From Candidatus Tenderia sp. (GTDB lineage Bacteria > Pseudomonadota > Gammaproteobacteria > Tenderiales > Tenderiaceae), in the NCBI GenBank assembly GCA_031416075.1, contig JANOSY010000017.1, positions 32,001-96,000 on the forward strand: a stretch of 64,000 nucleotides of DNA, given 5' to 3'. Positions 46,223-55,973 of the stretch are shown here, piece after piece. The notes under the pieces were generated by a model. That model saw nothing but the letters and a program-made list of their open reading frames with translations, ran no database searches and was not told the origin of the DNA. Numbering within the stretch: position 1 is the first letter of the stretch; every line of letters begins with the position of its first letter. The translations under genes and the position numbers were made by a program.

Positions 46223-47467
46223 CTACGGCGCCAACTGGGCCAGCCGTTGCTCAAAGTGACTCCGCAGCTGGTGGTAATTATCCATATCAGGAAACGCACG
46301 GCATAACGCCGCCGCAATCCGCAGCCCCTCGTCGTAGGCGTTGCGCGCCGCCTGCCACTGCCCCAGCGCCTCGGCCACGCCGCCCACTTTGTCGAGCGAG
46401 ACCGAGAGGTCGCGCAGCGCCTCGGGGGTCTCGCCCACGGCGGCCCGCACATCACGACTGATCTGGAGGCCCTCCTCATAGGCCTGAGCCGCCGCCTCCC
46501 ACCGCCCCAGCGCCTCGGCCACACGGCCCACGTTGTTGAGGGAGATGGAGAGGTCGCGCAGCGCCTCAGGGGTCTCGCCCACCGCGGCCCGCACATCACG
46601 TCTGATCTGGAGACTCTCCTCATAGACCTGAGCCGCCGCCTGCCACCGCCCCAGCGCCTGGGCCACACGGCCCACATTGTCGAGGGAGATGGAGAGGTCG
46701 CGCAGCGCCTCGGGGGTCTCGCCCACGGCGGCCCGCAGGGCGCGGGCGATGGACAAGCTGGCCTCTGCAATCTGCCCCGCCTTGGCATAACGCCCCCGGC
46801 GCAGACAGGCGGCGAGGGCCGCATCCCCCGCCAGCAGCACACCACGTTCCATCCCCCCTTTGGCAGAGGCCCGCTCCCACTCGGCAAGCTGGCTCTGTTC
46901 ATATTCGGTGAACGGAAACTCAGCCATCGCTGCCAGATCTGCGGGCGGTTCCTGCTCTGGGACAGTGGTGGCAGTGGTTGCCAATAACTCCGCTGAGCTA
47001 TCCAGACTAAGGTCGCGGATCGCCCAGAGATCGGGCACCAGCGCCTTGACCTGTTCCCGCTCGCTGGCGGGCAGTATCAAAATCAGGGGACGACTGAGGG
47101 TACGGCGCAGCTTTTCACGCTGTTCGTTGAGGCGCGCCAGAAAATTCAATCGCGCCGCCTGCCACTCATCACCGCTGTAAAGGCTGAGGTCGAGCCAGTG
47201 GGGGGCATCGGCATAAGAGTCGGGGCTCAACAACCGGGGCAGCACCTCGCTGGCCAGGGCGGCGGGGGCTTGAACTTCAAGAGAGCGCAACTGGGTAACC
47301 CTCATGCGGTAGATCTCCGCCAGCCGTCCACGAAAGATCTCCGTCACCCGTGGATCGGCATTGAAGATGAAGACAAGGGCGAAGTGGTCGGACCACTGGA
47401 GATGTTGCTTGAATCTCCGCCAGAGCTGCTCGCCGTCGTGGTTAAGAGCTGGTATTGCTGGCTGCAT
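46223..47467 (-). CDS. Protein with a degenerate NTPase-like N-terminus and C-terminal TPR-like repeats
   Basis: LNEQRE...PLILILP...PDLWAIR segment; three 48-aa repeats RDLSISLDNVGRVA.ALG.W.AA..YEE.L.I. Confidence 0.8.
   Translation of the reverse strand: MQPAIPALNHDGEQLWRRFKQHLQWSDHFALVFIFNADPRVTEIFRGRLAEIYRMRVTQLRSLEVQAPAALASEVLPRLLSPDSYADAPHWLDLSLYSGDEWQAARLNFLARLNEQREKLRRTLSRPLILILPASEREQVKALVPDLWAIRDLSLDSSAELLATTATTVPEQEPPADLAAMAEFPFTEYEQSQLAEWERASAKGGMERGVLLAGDAALAACLRRGRYAKAGQIAEASLSIARALRAAVGETPEALRDLSISLDNVGRVAQALGRWQAAAQVYEESLQIRRDVRAAVGETPEALRDLSISLNNVGRVAEALGRWEAAAQAYEEGLQISRDVRAAVGETPEALRDLSVSLDKVGGVAEALGQWQAARNAYDEGLRIAAALCRAFPDMDNYHQLRSHFEQRLAQLAP
46330..46770 (-). repeat. Three 144-bp tandem coding repeats
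   Basis: gagaggtcgcgcagcgcctc recurs at 46404, 46548 and 46692. Confidence 0.9.
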
Positions 47468-48788
47468 CGTCGACCGGGGTGGCTGGTATTGGTGGATATT
47501 GGCCGATCTCTTGCTCCAGCAATGGGTGGATGTCGTACCAGGGTTTGCCGTTGAGATAGTTCATGATGAGATTGGAGTCGAGAAAACGGGCCAGACGCGG
47601 CAGCTCGGCTACACTCTCCAGGGCTGTGTCCTTACAACGATGTATCTCCGCCAGCCAGCGGCCATCGTCCTTTGCTATGGGCAGCAGGCCACGCCGAATT
47701 TCGGACTCGGCATTTTCCAGCGTGACGTCTGTCACCAGGCGGTCAGCAGCGAGCATACAGGTGACCAGACACTCCCGGATGAGCCGGAAGAAATCCCTGA
47801 CATCACCGCCGGACGCTGCCGCCAGCCGGTCCAGCTGCTCTTTGGAAAAGACCTGCCCCCACCCGGCATAACGCCTGGCGATAATCTCGCGCATGATTTG
47901 CAGCCCCTGCTCATCCGGGAGACCATCGGCACAGCGCACATGGATGTTGGGCCAGGAGGTAACCGTATCACCGCCCATATTTCGCGCTGTGTTGGGCATC
48001 AGCGGAGTTAGGAATGGGGGGATGGTATAGACCAGATGGAGCAGATCAAAACGGAGGTTGGGTGCATGGCCGGAGAATAGGTTGACGATGCTGTTGTGCA
48101 CATCTGACGCTTCGGTGCCTACCCCGCGAATCTGTTCCATCGAGTCGACCAGTAAAACCACCTTTTTGTCGGGATCCCCGGCGCGCTTGCGTATCGCTTC
48201 AACCAGTTTAACCACATAGGCCCGCGCATCTTTTACGAGGGTGGTGACATGCCCTTTCAATGCATCCTGAAGCTGCTGTTTGAATGTCGGCTCGGTCTTG
48301 AGCTGGAGCGCCAAAGAGACGGGATCGGTGCCAACATTCAAACCATCAAGTTTTACCTCGGAGTTGAGAAACTGGACCAGCTGTTGCCAGTACTCGGCAA
48401 CAATCCCCCCAAACCCCTCATTTTCCCCTTCCGCCACCAGTGCCACCATGAGGGAGAGGATAAAATCACTGATATCCAGTGGTTTGGTCATGAGCACATA
48501 TTGAGTCATGTCCACCAGCACCACATGACAACCATCCTGTTCCAGCAACCCCTTCAACCGCTTGAGCTGTGTGCTCTTGCCATTGCCGCGAAAACCGGTC
48601 AGCAGGTTCACACTCTGCGACTCCGCCAGTTTGATGCTTATCTGCAACCGTCCGATGGGGTCTTTTTCCGGACACGTCTCGAAGATGGGTACGTAGTAAG
48701 AATCGTCAGGCTCCAGCGGCAGCGCGCCTGCCCCATTCAGGGTTTTATAAAACTTTTCCAGTTAACTGGCAGCGTGTTGTTGTTTCAT
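47442..48788 (-). pseudogene. P-loop ATPase (STAND/AAA-like) with in-frame TAA at codon 9
   Basis: Walker A GFRGNGKST, Walker B VLLVDSMEQ and ASGGDVRDF. The frame from ATG 48788 reads MKQQHAAS*LEKFYKTL... Confidence 0.75.
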
Positions 48789-48908
48789 GGCATTGTCGAC
48801 TTGCACCTATGAGAATGTGGATAACATTAAACAAGAGTAGGGATATATAAGTAAAAAACAGATCGTACGCCAGTTATTTCACACTGGCGACCAATGCTGA
48901 GCAATCCA

Positions 48909-49925
48909 TCACTTCACCGCCTGCAATGAGGCGAGCGGCCAGCGCGCCCGCGCCTGAATAACCAATCCCTCACTCTGCCCCGCCATCAGCCGGGCACACC
49001 CCGCATAGGCGATCATGGCACCGTTATCGGTACAAAATTCGGCACGTGGATAGTAAAGCTTGGTGCCACGCTCCGCCGCCAACTCCCCCAATCGCTGGCG
49101 CAGACGCCGATTAGCGCTAACGCCGCCGGCCAATACCAACCGTTTCAAACCGGTCTGCTCCAAAGCACGACGGCACTTGATGGCCATGGTCTCCGCCACC
49201 GCCACTTCGAAGGCGAGGGCGATGTCGGCCTTGCTCTGATCATCCCCTGCTGATCCCGCCAAGGTATTTACCGCAAAGGTCTTAAGACCGCTAAAACTGA
49301 ATTCCAGCCCTGGCCGGTTGGTCATTGGGCGGGGAAAGCGGAATCGCCCCGGTGTGCCCTGCTCGGCGATTTTGGCGATGGCCGGGCCGCCCGGATACCC
49401 CAAACCCAACAGCTTGGCGGTCTTGTCGAAGGCCTCACCGGCGGCATCGTCGAGCGTCTCACCCAGTAACTGATACTGGCCGATGCCATCAACCCGCACC
49501 AACATGGTGTGACCACCCGAGGCCAACAGGGCCACAAAGGGGAACTCAGGGATATCCTCTTCCAGCATGGGTGCCAGCAGGTGCCCCTCCATGTGGTGCA
49601 CGGCGACGGCGGGGATATCGAGCGCCCAGGCCAGGCTGCGACCAATGCCCGCCCCCACCAGTAGCGCACCGATCAGACCGGGGCCGGAGGTGTAGGCGAT
49701 GCCATCAAGGTCGGCCAGGGTCAGCCCCGAGTCAGCCAGCAGCTGTTTGATCAGCGGCACGGTCTTACGCACATGGTCGCGGGAGGCCAGCTCCGGCACG
49801 ACGCCGCCATACTCGAGATGCAACTCGATCTGACTGTAGAGGGTATGTGCCTCCAGGCCGCGCTTACTGTCGTAAATGGCGACGCCGGTCTCGTCACATG
49901 AACTCTCGATTCCCAATACACGCAT
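48909..49925 (-). CDS. tsaD: tRNA N6-adenosine threonylcarbamoyltransferase
   Basis: [33 protein letters not shown] and CTDNGAMIA motifs. Confidence 0.96.
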   Translation of the reverse strand: MRVLGIESSCDETGVAIYDSKRGLEAHTLYSQIELHLEYGGVVPELASRDHVRKTVPLIKQLLADSGLTLADLDGIAYTSGPGLIGALLVGAGIGRSLAWALDIPAVAVHHMEGHLLAPMLEEDIPEFPFVALLASGGHTMLVRVDGIGQYQLLGETLDDAAGEAFDKTAKLLGLGYPGGPAIAKIAEQGTPGRFRFPRPMTNRPGLEFSFSGLKTFAVNTLAGSAGDDQSKADIALAFEVAVAETMAIKCRRALEQTGLKRLVLAGGVSANRRLRQRLGELAAERGTKLYYPRAEFCTDNGAMIAYAGCARLMAGQSEGLVIQARARWPLASLQAVK

Positions 49926-50073
49926 GGCTCTGCCTTCAATGATTTTGGCCATTTTATCAGCGCCGCCCCCTTTTATCCCGCCAATTGATTGCGGGCGCTA
50001 AACTATGGCGATTAGGGATCGTTAAGCTATACTGCGCGGCTATTGCCTGAAAAACGGGATTTAAAACAAGATC

Positions 50074-51462
50074 ATGATCCGAGTCAGCGGTTTAACCAAA
50101 ATTTTCGCCACCGGCACCAAGGCCATCGATGATCTTTCGCTGGAGGTAAAACAGGGCGAGATTCTTGCCTTGCTCGGCCCCAACGGGGCGGGTAAAACCA
50201 CCACCATTCGGGTGTTATCGACCCTGAGCGGGTTTGACGAGGGCAGTGTCACGGTGGCGGGGCACGATGTTGATGTTGACCCGGAGGCAGTGCGCTGCGC
50301 CATTGGCTTGGTAGCACAACAGACCGGGGTTGATTACTTTCTGACCGGCCGCGAAAACCTGATAACTCAGGGTCACCTCTACCGCATGGGCAAGGCCGAG
50401 ATCGAAAAACGGATTGAGGAGCTGGCCAGCTATTTTGGCCTGACTGACGCCCTTGACCGGTTGGTGACCACCTACTCTGGCGGTATGCGCCGCAAACTCG
50501 ATATCGCCACGGCGCTGATCCACAACCCCACGCTCCTGTTTCTCGATGAGCCGACCCTGGGGCTGGATATCAAGAGCCGCCAGAGCCTCTGGCAGTACAT
50601 CAACAAACTCAACCGTGAGCAGGGGCTGACCATTCTGCTCACCACCCACTATCTGGAAGAGGCGGACCATCTCAGCCATCGGGTCGCCATCATCAGCCAG
50701 GGCAAGATCCAGGTGATCGATACCCCTCAGGCACTTAAAAACAGCATTCATGGGGATGCCGTGATGCTCACCTTTGCGGATCAGGGGCCCAACGTCGGTG
50801 ATTTCACCTTCGCCATGCACGAAGACCCCACGGTCCAGAATGTGGTGTGGCAGAACGACAATCTCTATGTCTATGTGGACAACGGTGGCGAAGCGGTGCC
50901 CCGTTTTGTGCGATTGGCCGAAGAGAAGGGACTGACCATCAAGTCACTGTCACTCGCCCACCCAACCCTGGATGACGTCTTCCTCAAATATACCGGCACC
51001 ACTCTGGAAGAGACCAAGGAGGAAGAGGGTGAGGAGTGGTGGCACCAGTGGGCCGGCAAAGGTGGCGGCGGCGGTGGCAAATGGCAGAAAAACTGGGAGA
51101 AGTGGCAGGGTCAGCTCGAAGAGAGTGGCTCTGATGAGGATAAGGCCGGTTGGCAGGCGCAGATGCAGAAGTGGCAAGGCGATGATGCAACCGCTGCGGT
51201 ACCTACAGCTACAATCACTCCCGTCGCCACATCAGTGACTCCAACACCGGCACAGCCAGAGGCAGCCCCAGCCAAACCGGGCGACTGGCAACAGTGGCAA
51301 CAGCAAGCCAATGCCAGCGGCACCCCTGTCGAAACACCTGAACACTATCGCGAAGAGGCGCTGAAACGGCGCGGCAACTGGCAGGCCGACGGCAAAGGCA
51401 TCCCTGAGCAGGGCGACTGGCTGGGCGGTCAGAACGCTGACAAAACCGATAACAATAAGTAG
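50074..51462 (+). CDS. DrrA-like ABC exporter ATP-binding protein with a ~150-aa W/Q/G-rich C-terminal extension
   Basis: GPNGAGKTT, YSGGMRRKL, FLDEPT and PTLDDVFLKYTG, followed by a low-complexity tail. Confidence 0.9.
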   Translation: MIRVSGLTKIFATGTKAIDDLSLEVKQGEILALLGPNGAGKTTTIRVLSTLSGFDEGSVTVAGHDVDVDPEAVRCAIGLVAQQTGVDYFLTGRENLITQGHLYRMGKAEIEKRIEELASYFGLTDALDRLVTTYSGGMRRKLDIATALIHNPTLLFLDEPTLGLDIKSRQSLWQYINKLNREQGLTILLTTHYLEEADHLSHRVAIISQGKIQVIDTPQALKNSIHGDAVMLTFADQGPNVGDFTFAMHEDPTVQNVVWQNDNLYVYVDNGGEAVPRFVRLAEEKGLTIKSLSLAHPTLDDVFLKYTGTTLEETKEEEGEEWWHQWAGKGGGGGGKWQKNWEKWQGQLEESGSDEDKAGWQAQMQKWQGDDATAAVPTATITPVATSVTPTPAQPEAAPAKPGDWQQWQQQANASGTPVETPEHYREEALKRRGNWQADGKGIPEQGDWLGGQNADKTDNNK

Positions 51463-51516
51463 CGCCTGGCCCCATGCCACCGCACCCCTCACACCGCATA
51501 ATCGAGAGAGAAAACT

Positions 51517-52284
51517 GTGTTAGCTGATACCTGGTACCTGTTTCTTAAATACACCAAGATCACCATGCGTATGCCGCTCTGGACGCTTTTTACGCTGATC
51601 CAACCCCTGTTATGGCTGCTGATCTTCACCCAGCTGTTCAAAAACTTTGTGCAGGCACCGGCACCCGGCTCTGGCGGCGGCAGCTACATCGACTTTTTTG
51701 TGCCAGGGGTATTGATCATGACGGCGCTGTTTGGCTCCTCCTGGTCAGGGGTCAGTCTACTGCGTGAGATCACCGCGGGCACCGTTGACAAGATGTTGGT
51801 CTCCCCCGTCTCGCGTGTTGCGATTGTCCTGAGCCGCGTCATGCACTCAGCAGTACAGGTGGTGATTCAGACGCTGATCATTCTGCTGGTGGCCTGGGCC
51901 ATCGGCGCCAATCTCAACCTTGGACCGGTCAATCTGTTTCTGGGAATGTTGAGCATATTCCTGCTTGGTGTGGGCCTTGCTGCACTCTCTAACGGCTTTG
52001 CCATCACCCTGCAACGTGAAGAGCCGCTGGTGATGATCGGCAACCTGATGACCCTGCCGCTGATGTTCCTCTCCACCGCCATGGTGCCCAAGCCCTTTAT
52101 GCCCGGCTGGATCGAGACCATATCACTCATCAATCCAATCACTTATGCGGTGGAGTCAGTGCGCGCCGTGATGATTGGCACCCCGGATTATCAGGCCTAC
52201 GGCTTTGGTCTGCTGATCATGGCCGTATTTGCCGGAGTATCCCTATCCTGGGCAGTCAGCGCCTTTAACGGATTGCGTGACTAA
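51517..52284 (+). CDS. ABC-2 type permease (DrrB-like)
   Basis: IQPLLWLLIF, YIDFFVPG and NPITYAVE motifs; about 6 TM segments. Confidence 0.9.
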   Translation: MLADTWYLFLKYTKITMRMPLWTLFTLIQPLLWLLIFTQLFKNFVQAPAPGSGGGSYIDFFVPGVLIMTALFGSSWSGVSLLREITAGTVDKMLVSPVSRVAIVLSRVMHSAVQVVIQTLIILLVAWAIGANLNLGPVNLFLGMLSIFLLGVGLAALSNGFAITLQREEPLVMIGNLMTLPLMFLSTAMVPKPFMPGWIETISLINPITYAVESVRAVMIGTPDYQAYGFGLLIMAVFAGVSLSWAVSAFNGLRD

Positions 52285-52347
52285 TACAGACTCGATGATG
52301 AGGGGCCGGAAGCACCTGCCCCCTCCCTATCACCAGAACAGTCCGTA

Positions 52348-55068
52348 CTAAAAGCTGTAACGAGCACTAAGGTTGATGCTGTTGCGGGTATAGCTGCCCA
52401 ACGAGCTGCTTTGAATCCCTTCAATAATCTGCAGCTGGTTGTAGACAAACCCCAGCGGTAGGCTGGAGCGCTGGATGGAGTAGTCATAACTACCCGAGAA
52501 GGTCAGCGCGCTGTCGTAACGGTAACTGACCCCCACGGCCGTCCCCAAACTCAGGTTGACACGTTTTTTCTGGAAGTTGGCATAAGAGTCAGGGTTGGTA
52601 TAGAGATAGAGGTTAATGTTGCCACTCAAATACCCAGACCATTTATCAGCCAACCGTTTATCTATCCGGCCATTCACTGCATGGCTGACATATGCATAGT
52701 CATTGCCCTGCCGCTTAAGATTTTGGTTAATCGCCAGGGTATAACCGTAGCTCAATGGCAGGCCATGCTCACCCAGGGTATTGGCGCTTATACCAAGGGT
52801 ATAGGTATTGGCATCAAAAAACGGGTTCTGCTGTGAACCAAAACCACGGTAACTGAAATTGGTCTGATAACCCGTGCCATCCCCCTGCCAGCCCACGCTG
52901 CCAAACAGGGTATCCGTGGTAGTACCACTCTGATTAGGCCTTAATACACTCGACTGACTGGCACGGTTAACCCCCAGACTCCACTGCTGCTCACGCCACT
53001 TAAACGCCAGGTTTGGCGTCATCGACAGGGTGAAAAAGTCGTATTGGCCTGCGTGGTAAACGGTGTAGTCAGGATTTACCCGGAGAGAAAACTGTAACCC
53101 CTTTTTAATCTTGTAGTTATAGGTGATGTTAGCCGATGTCTGAGTCCGGTATTCAAACAGTTTATTGGTGTAACCCACATTGGCGTTATCATCCACGCCT
53201 ACCGCGTAGGCAATCTGGTAACTCAGGCCATTGATGGTACGCTCCACCTGCTTAAGCCGTTCAGCGGCGGCGGTCAGGAGCCGTTGATCCTCGCTATTGC
53301 TCAGCAATACCTTGCGATACTCAACGATGGCCAGCGCCTCTTCCTCTTCCTGCTCTAACAACAGGCCAATATTAAAACGCGCGGCCATGTAGGTTGGCTC
53401 AATCTCAAGCAGTTTGTAGTAGTACTCTTTGGCGATTTTTGTATTCCCTTGGCGTGAAGAGACCAAGGCCAGATTCCAAAACACCTCACGGTCACCACCA
53501 AACTGGCTCTCAACACTGGAAAAGGCACTCATCGACTCCTCCAGCCGCCCCTCTCTGGAGTGGTGCTTACCCAACGCCATCAACACCCGTTTTTGGATCT
53601 CGGCCACCTTTGCATCATCATCAAACATTGTTGCCAATGCCCGCTGGTAATAGTCAACGGCCTGGGCCAGATCATTTTCACGTTCCGCAATCTCTCCTAG
53701 CAGAACATAGGCAACCCCTTGGCGTGCATCACTTTCGACCACTTTCAGATACTGCTCTTTAGCCTCAGCCAATTTGCCCTGTGTTTGCAAAATACTGCCC
53801 AAGCCAAGCCGCGCCTGTGCATCGCCCGGATCCTGCTCCAGCCTTGCCATCAACGCACGTTTATCCGCCAGCAGCTTACGTACACTCTGCAACCGCCCGC
53901 CAATCTGCGGGTCAAGACGACCGTAAACATCATTCACCATCTCAGACATCTGGCCATCATTATCATTGGCCAGCACATACTCAAGCTCAGCCACCGCCTC
54001 AATAATCCGTTTGGAATCAAGATGCAGCAGCCCCAGGCGAAAGTGGGCTTCAAGATTATCAGGATCTACCTTGAGTACCCGCTCAAACGCATTAGTGGCA
54101 ATATCAAGCCTGCCCGCCACCTGGCTGAGACGGGCAATATTCCCATTCACCACGATATTCATCGGATCAAGCGCCTGCACCTCCAGGAAGGTCTGAAGTG
54201 CCTGTTCATTTTTACCCTCCTGCAACTGCCGGACACCACGAATCAAACCAAGCTTGATGTTCACCTGCCGCACTAGATCATCTTTAGCCCCCTTTTGCAG
54301 GACCAACAGAAAATTGCTCTCCGCCAAATCAATATTTCGCATCGCCTCATACACATTCGCCAGATAGAAATAGGCCAACGGATTGTCAGGCGCCAGCAAA
54401 ACAATGTTTTTATAGCTCTGCTCAGCCTGTTCAAGCAGACCCGCACGGACAAAGGTGGCACCAATGACATGCAATAAAGAGGCGTCAGTTGGATATTTGC
54501 CCTGCAAGGCGCTGCCCAGCTCCAATACAGCATCCTGATCGCGCTGTTTTTCAGCACGACTCAACAGCAATAGCCCTAACGATCTATCCGCACGCGCCGC
54601 CGCCAGTGAATCCGGCGGCTCACCGGCATGTTCCAAAACATATTGATACTGAACAATGGCATCATCATCACGGCCAATCTCTTCCAGCGCTTTGGCATAC
54701 GCAAGCCGTGGCATCGGGGCGTTTGGCTCAAGCGCCACCGCCTTCTGTATATATTCCATCCCATCGATATAATTTTTATTCTGAAAACTAATAATGGCCA
54801 GGCGATAAAGCGCTTCCACCTGATTTGGACTAATACGCAACAACTCAATAAACGCCTGGGCGGCATCATCCTGACGGTTTTCAAGAAATGCCTTACGTCC
54901 CGCTTCAAGCAACTGTGACGCTGGCCCCGTCTGCTGGGGTTCAGAAAAACTCTCGCCAAAATCAGCCATCTGGGCCAACACACAGGGCGCAGAGAAGAGC
55001 ACCACAGCACCCAGCAAACATCTTAATGGCCGTGGCGCGGTAAATTTAAGTAACAGCGGACGCCACAT
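52348..55068 (-). CDS. Exported TPR-repeat protein with C-terminal outer-membrane beta-barrel
   Basis: Signal peptide, about 560 aa of TPR helices, then amphipathic beta strands ending in SARYSF. Confidence 0.8.
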   Translation of the reverse strand: MWRPLLLKFTAPRPLRCLLGAVVLFSAPCVLAQMADFGESFSEPQQTGPASQLLEAGRKAFLENRQDDAAQAFIELLRISPNQVEALYRLAIISFQNKNYIDGMEYIQKAVALEPNAPMPRLAYAKALEEIGRDDDAIVQYQYVLEHAGEPPDSLAAARADRSLGLLLLSRAEKQRDQDAVLELGSALQGKYPTDASLLHVIGATFVRAGLLEQAEQSYKNIVLLAPDNPLAYFYLANVYEAMRNIDLAESNFLLVLQKGAKDDLVRQVNIKLGLIRGVRQLQEGKNEQALQTFLEVQALDPMNIVVNGNIARLSQVAGRLDIATNAFERVLKVDPDNLEAHFRLGLLHLDSKRIIEAVAELEYVLANDNDGQMSEMVNDVYGRLDPQIGGRLQSVRKLLADKRALMARLEQDPGDAQARLGLGSILQTQGKLAEAKEQYLKVVESDARQGVAYVLLGEIAERENDLAQAVDYYQRALATMFDDDAKVAEIQKRVLMALGKHHSREGRLEESMSAFSSVESQFGGDREVFWNLALVSSRQGNTKIAKEYYYKLLEIEPTYMAARFNIGLLLEQEEEEALAIVEYRKVLLSNSEDQRLLTAAAERLKQVERTINGLSYQIAYAVGVDDNANVGYTNKLFEYRTQTSANITYNYKIKKGLQFSLRVNPDYTVYHAGQYDFFTLSMTPNLAFKWREQQWSLGVNRASQSSVLRPNQSGTTTDTLFGSVGWQGDGTGYQTNFSYRGFGSQQNPFFDANTYTLGISANTLGEHGLPLSYGYTLAINQNLKRQGNDYAYVSHAVNGRIDKRLADKWSGYLSGNINLYLYTNPDSYANFQKKRVNLSLGTAVGVSYRYDSALTFSGSYDYSIQRSSLPLGFVYNQLQIIEGIQSSSLGSYTRNSINLSARYSF

Positions 55069-55973
55069 CAGAAATAGACATTCATCTTAAATAGCAATTT
55101 CCAGCCATCAAAATTAAGGCGAATGGTCGAATAATCCTCAATCGAGTCAAAATCATGCCGTAAATATTGAAGGTCACCCGAACCCGCACTGACCCGTTGA
55201 GGCAACCAAAATGTCAGGTTATCCGTCGGCAAGAAGTTGGTTGTTGACGCTCCATCACGTAACGTAGGGCGCTTAAGCCCGATCACGTACGACGCATCCA
55301 CCCCAACAGAGAGCCAATCGTCAAAAAAATAGTTCATGCCAAAACCGGGTTGCAGCATTAACAACCCCGTCGATTGCGATTGTAGGATTGTGGTTTTTTT
55401 CACCCCCGCCGCCTTTCCTGCCGTAAAGAGAAAGACCATATCCTCGCGGAAATCGATATCAAACACCTCATTTAACGTTAACCGGTAATAGAGTCTGAAC
55501 TTGTTATCCACATCCACAATGTTCCGCTTCAGGCCAAAATAGAACTCATTGTATGAGAGCTTGGCCACCCGCTCATTAACAACATCGGCCGGGTCTCCCT
55601 GAACATAAAAACCACCCGAAGCAACCGCACGCGATGTCGCCTCCCAGTTCCCCCCCCCAAATACCACTGCATACTCATCATTCAGCGTCCACTGAAACTC
55701 CAGCCCGCCATTTGTACCCAACTCCAGTGGTGGCAACGGGTTTTGAAAATTCAAAGGGACCTGAATATTGTTCCCCGAACCGGCAAACAGAGAAGCAAAG
55801 CCGCCAATGGACGACTTAAACTCCGCATCGTTTAAATCCTCCAAAGCAGGCCGATGTACCCCTAAATAGAACCCCACACCCAACCCTTTTTCAGGGGCCG
55901 CCATAACCTGTGAGCCAAACAGGCACACCGCCAACAGCAACAAAAGCTTTGTTAGCCCGCGCATTGGCAACAC
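55068..55973 (-). CDS. Putative outer-membrane beta-barrel protein
   Basis: Signal peptide, alternating aromatic strands, ends FKMNVYF; TGATG coupling to the downstream gene. Confidence 0.7.
   Translation of the reverse strand: MLPMRGLTKLLLLLAVCLFGSQVMAAPEKGLGVGFYLGVHRPALEDLNDAEFKSSIGGFASLFAGSGNNIQVPLNFQNPLPPLELGTNGGLEFQWTLNDEYAVVFGGGNWEATSRAVASGGFYVQGDPADVVNERVAKLSYNEFYFGLKRNIVDVDNKFRLYYRLTLNEVFDIDFREDMVFLFTAGKAAGVKKTTILQSQSTGLLMLQPGFGMNYFFDDWLSVGVDASYVIGLKRPTLRDGASTTNFLPTDNLTFWLPQRVSAGSGDLQYLRHDFDSIEDYSTIRLNFDGWKLLFKMNVYF

Noticed and set aside
46138-46902. 254-aa Arg/Pro/Trp-rich repetitive ORF
   Set aside because: Alternative frame of the GC-rich 144-bp TPR repeats.
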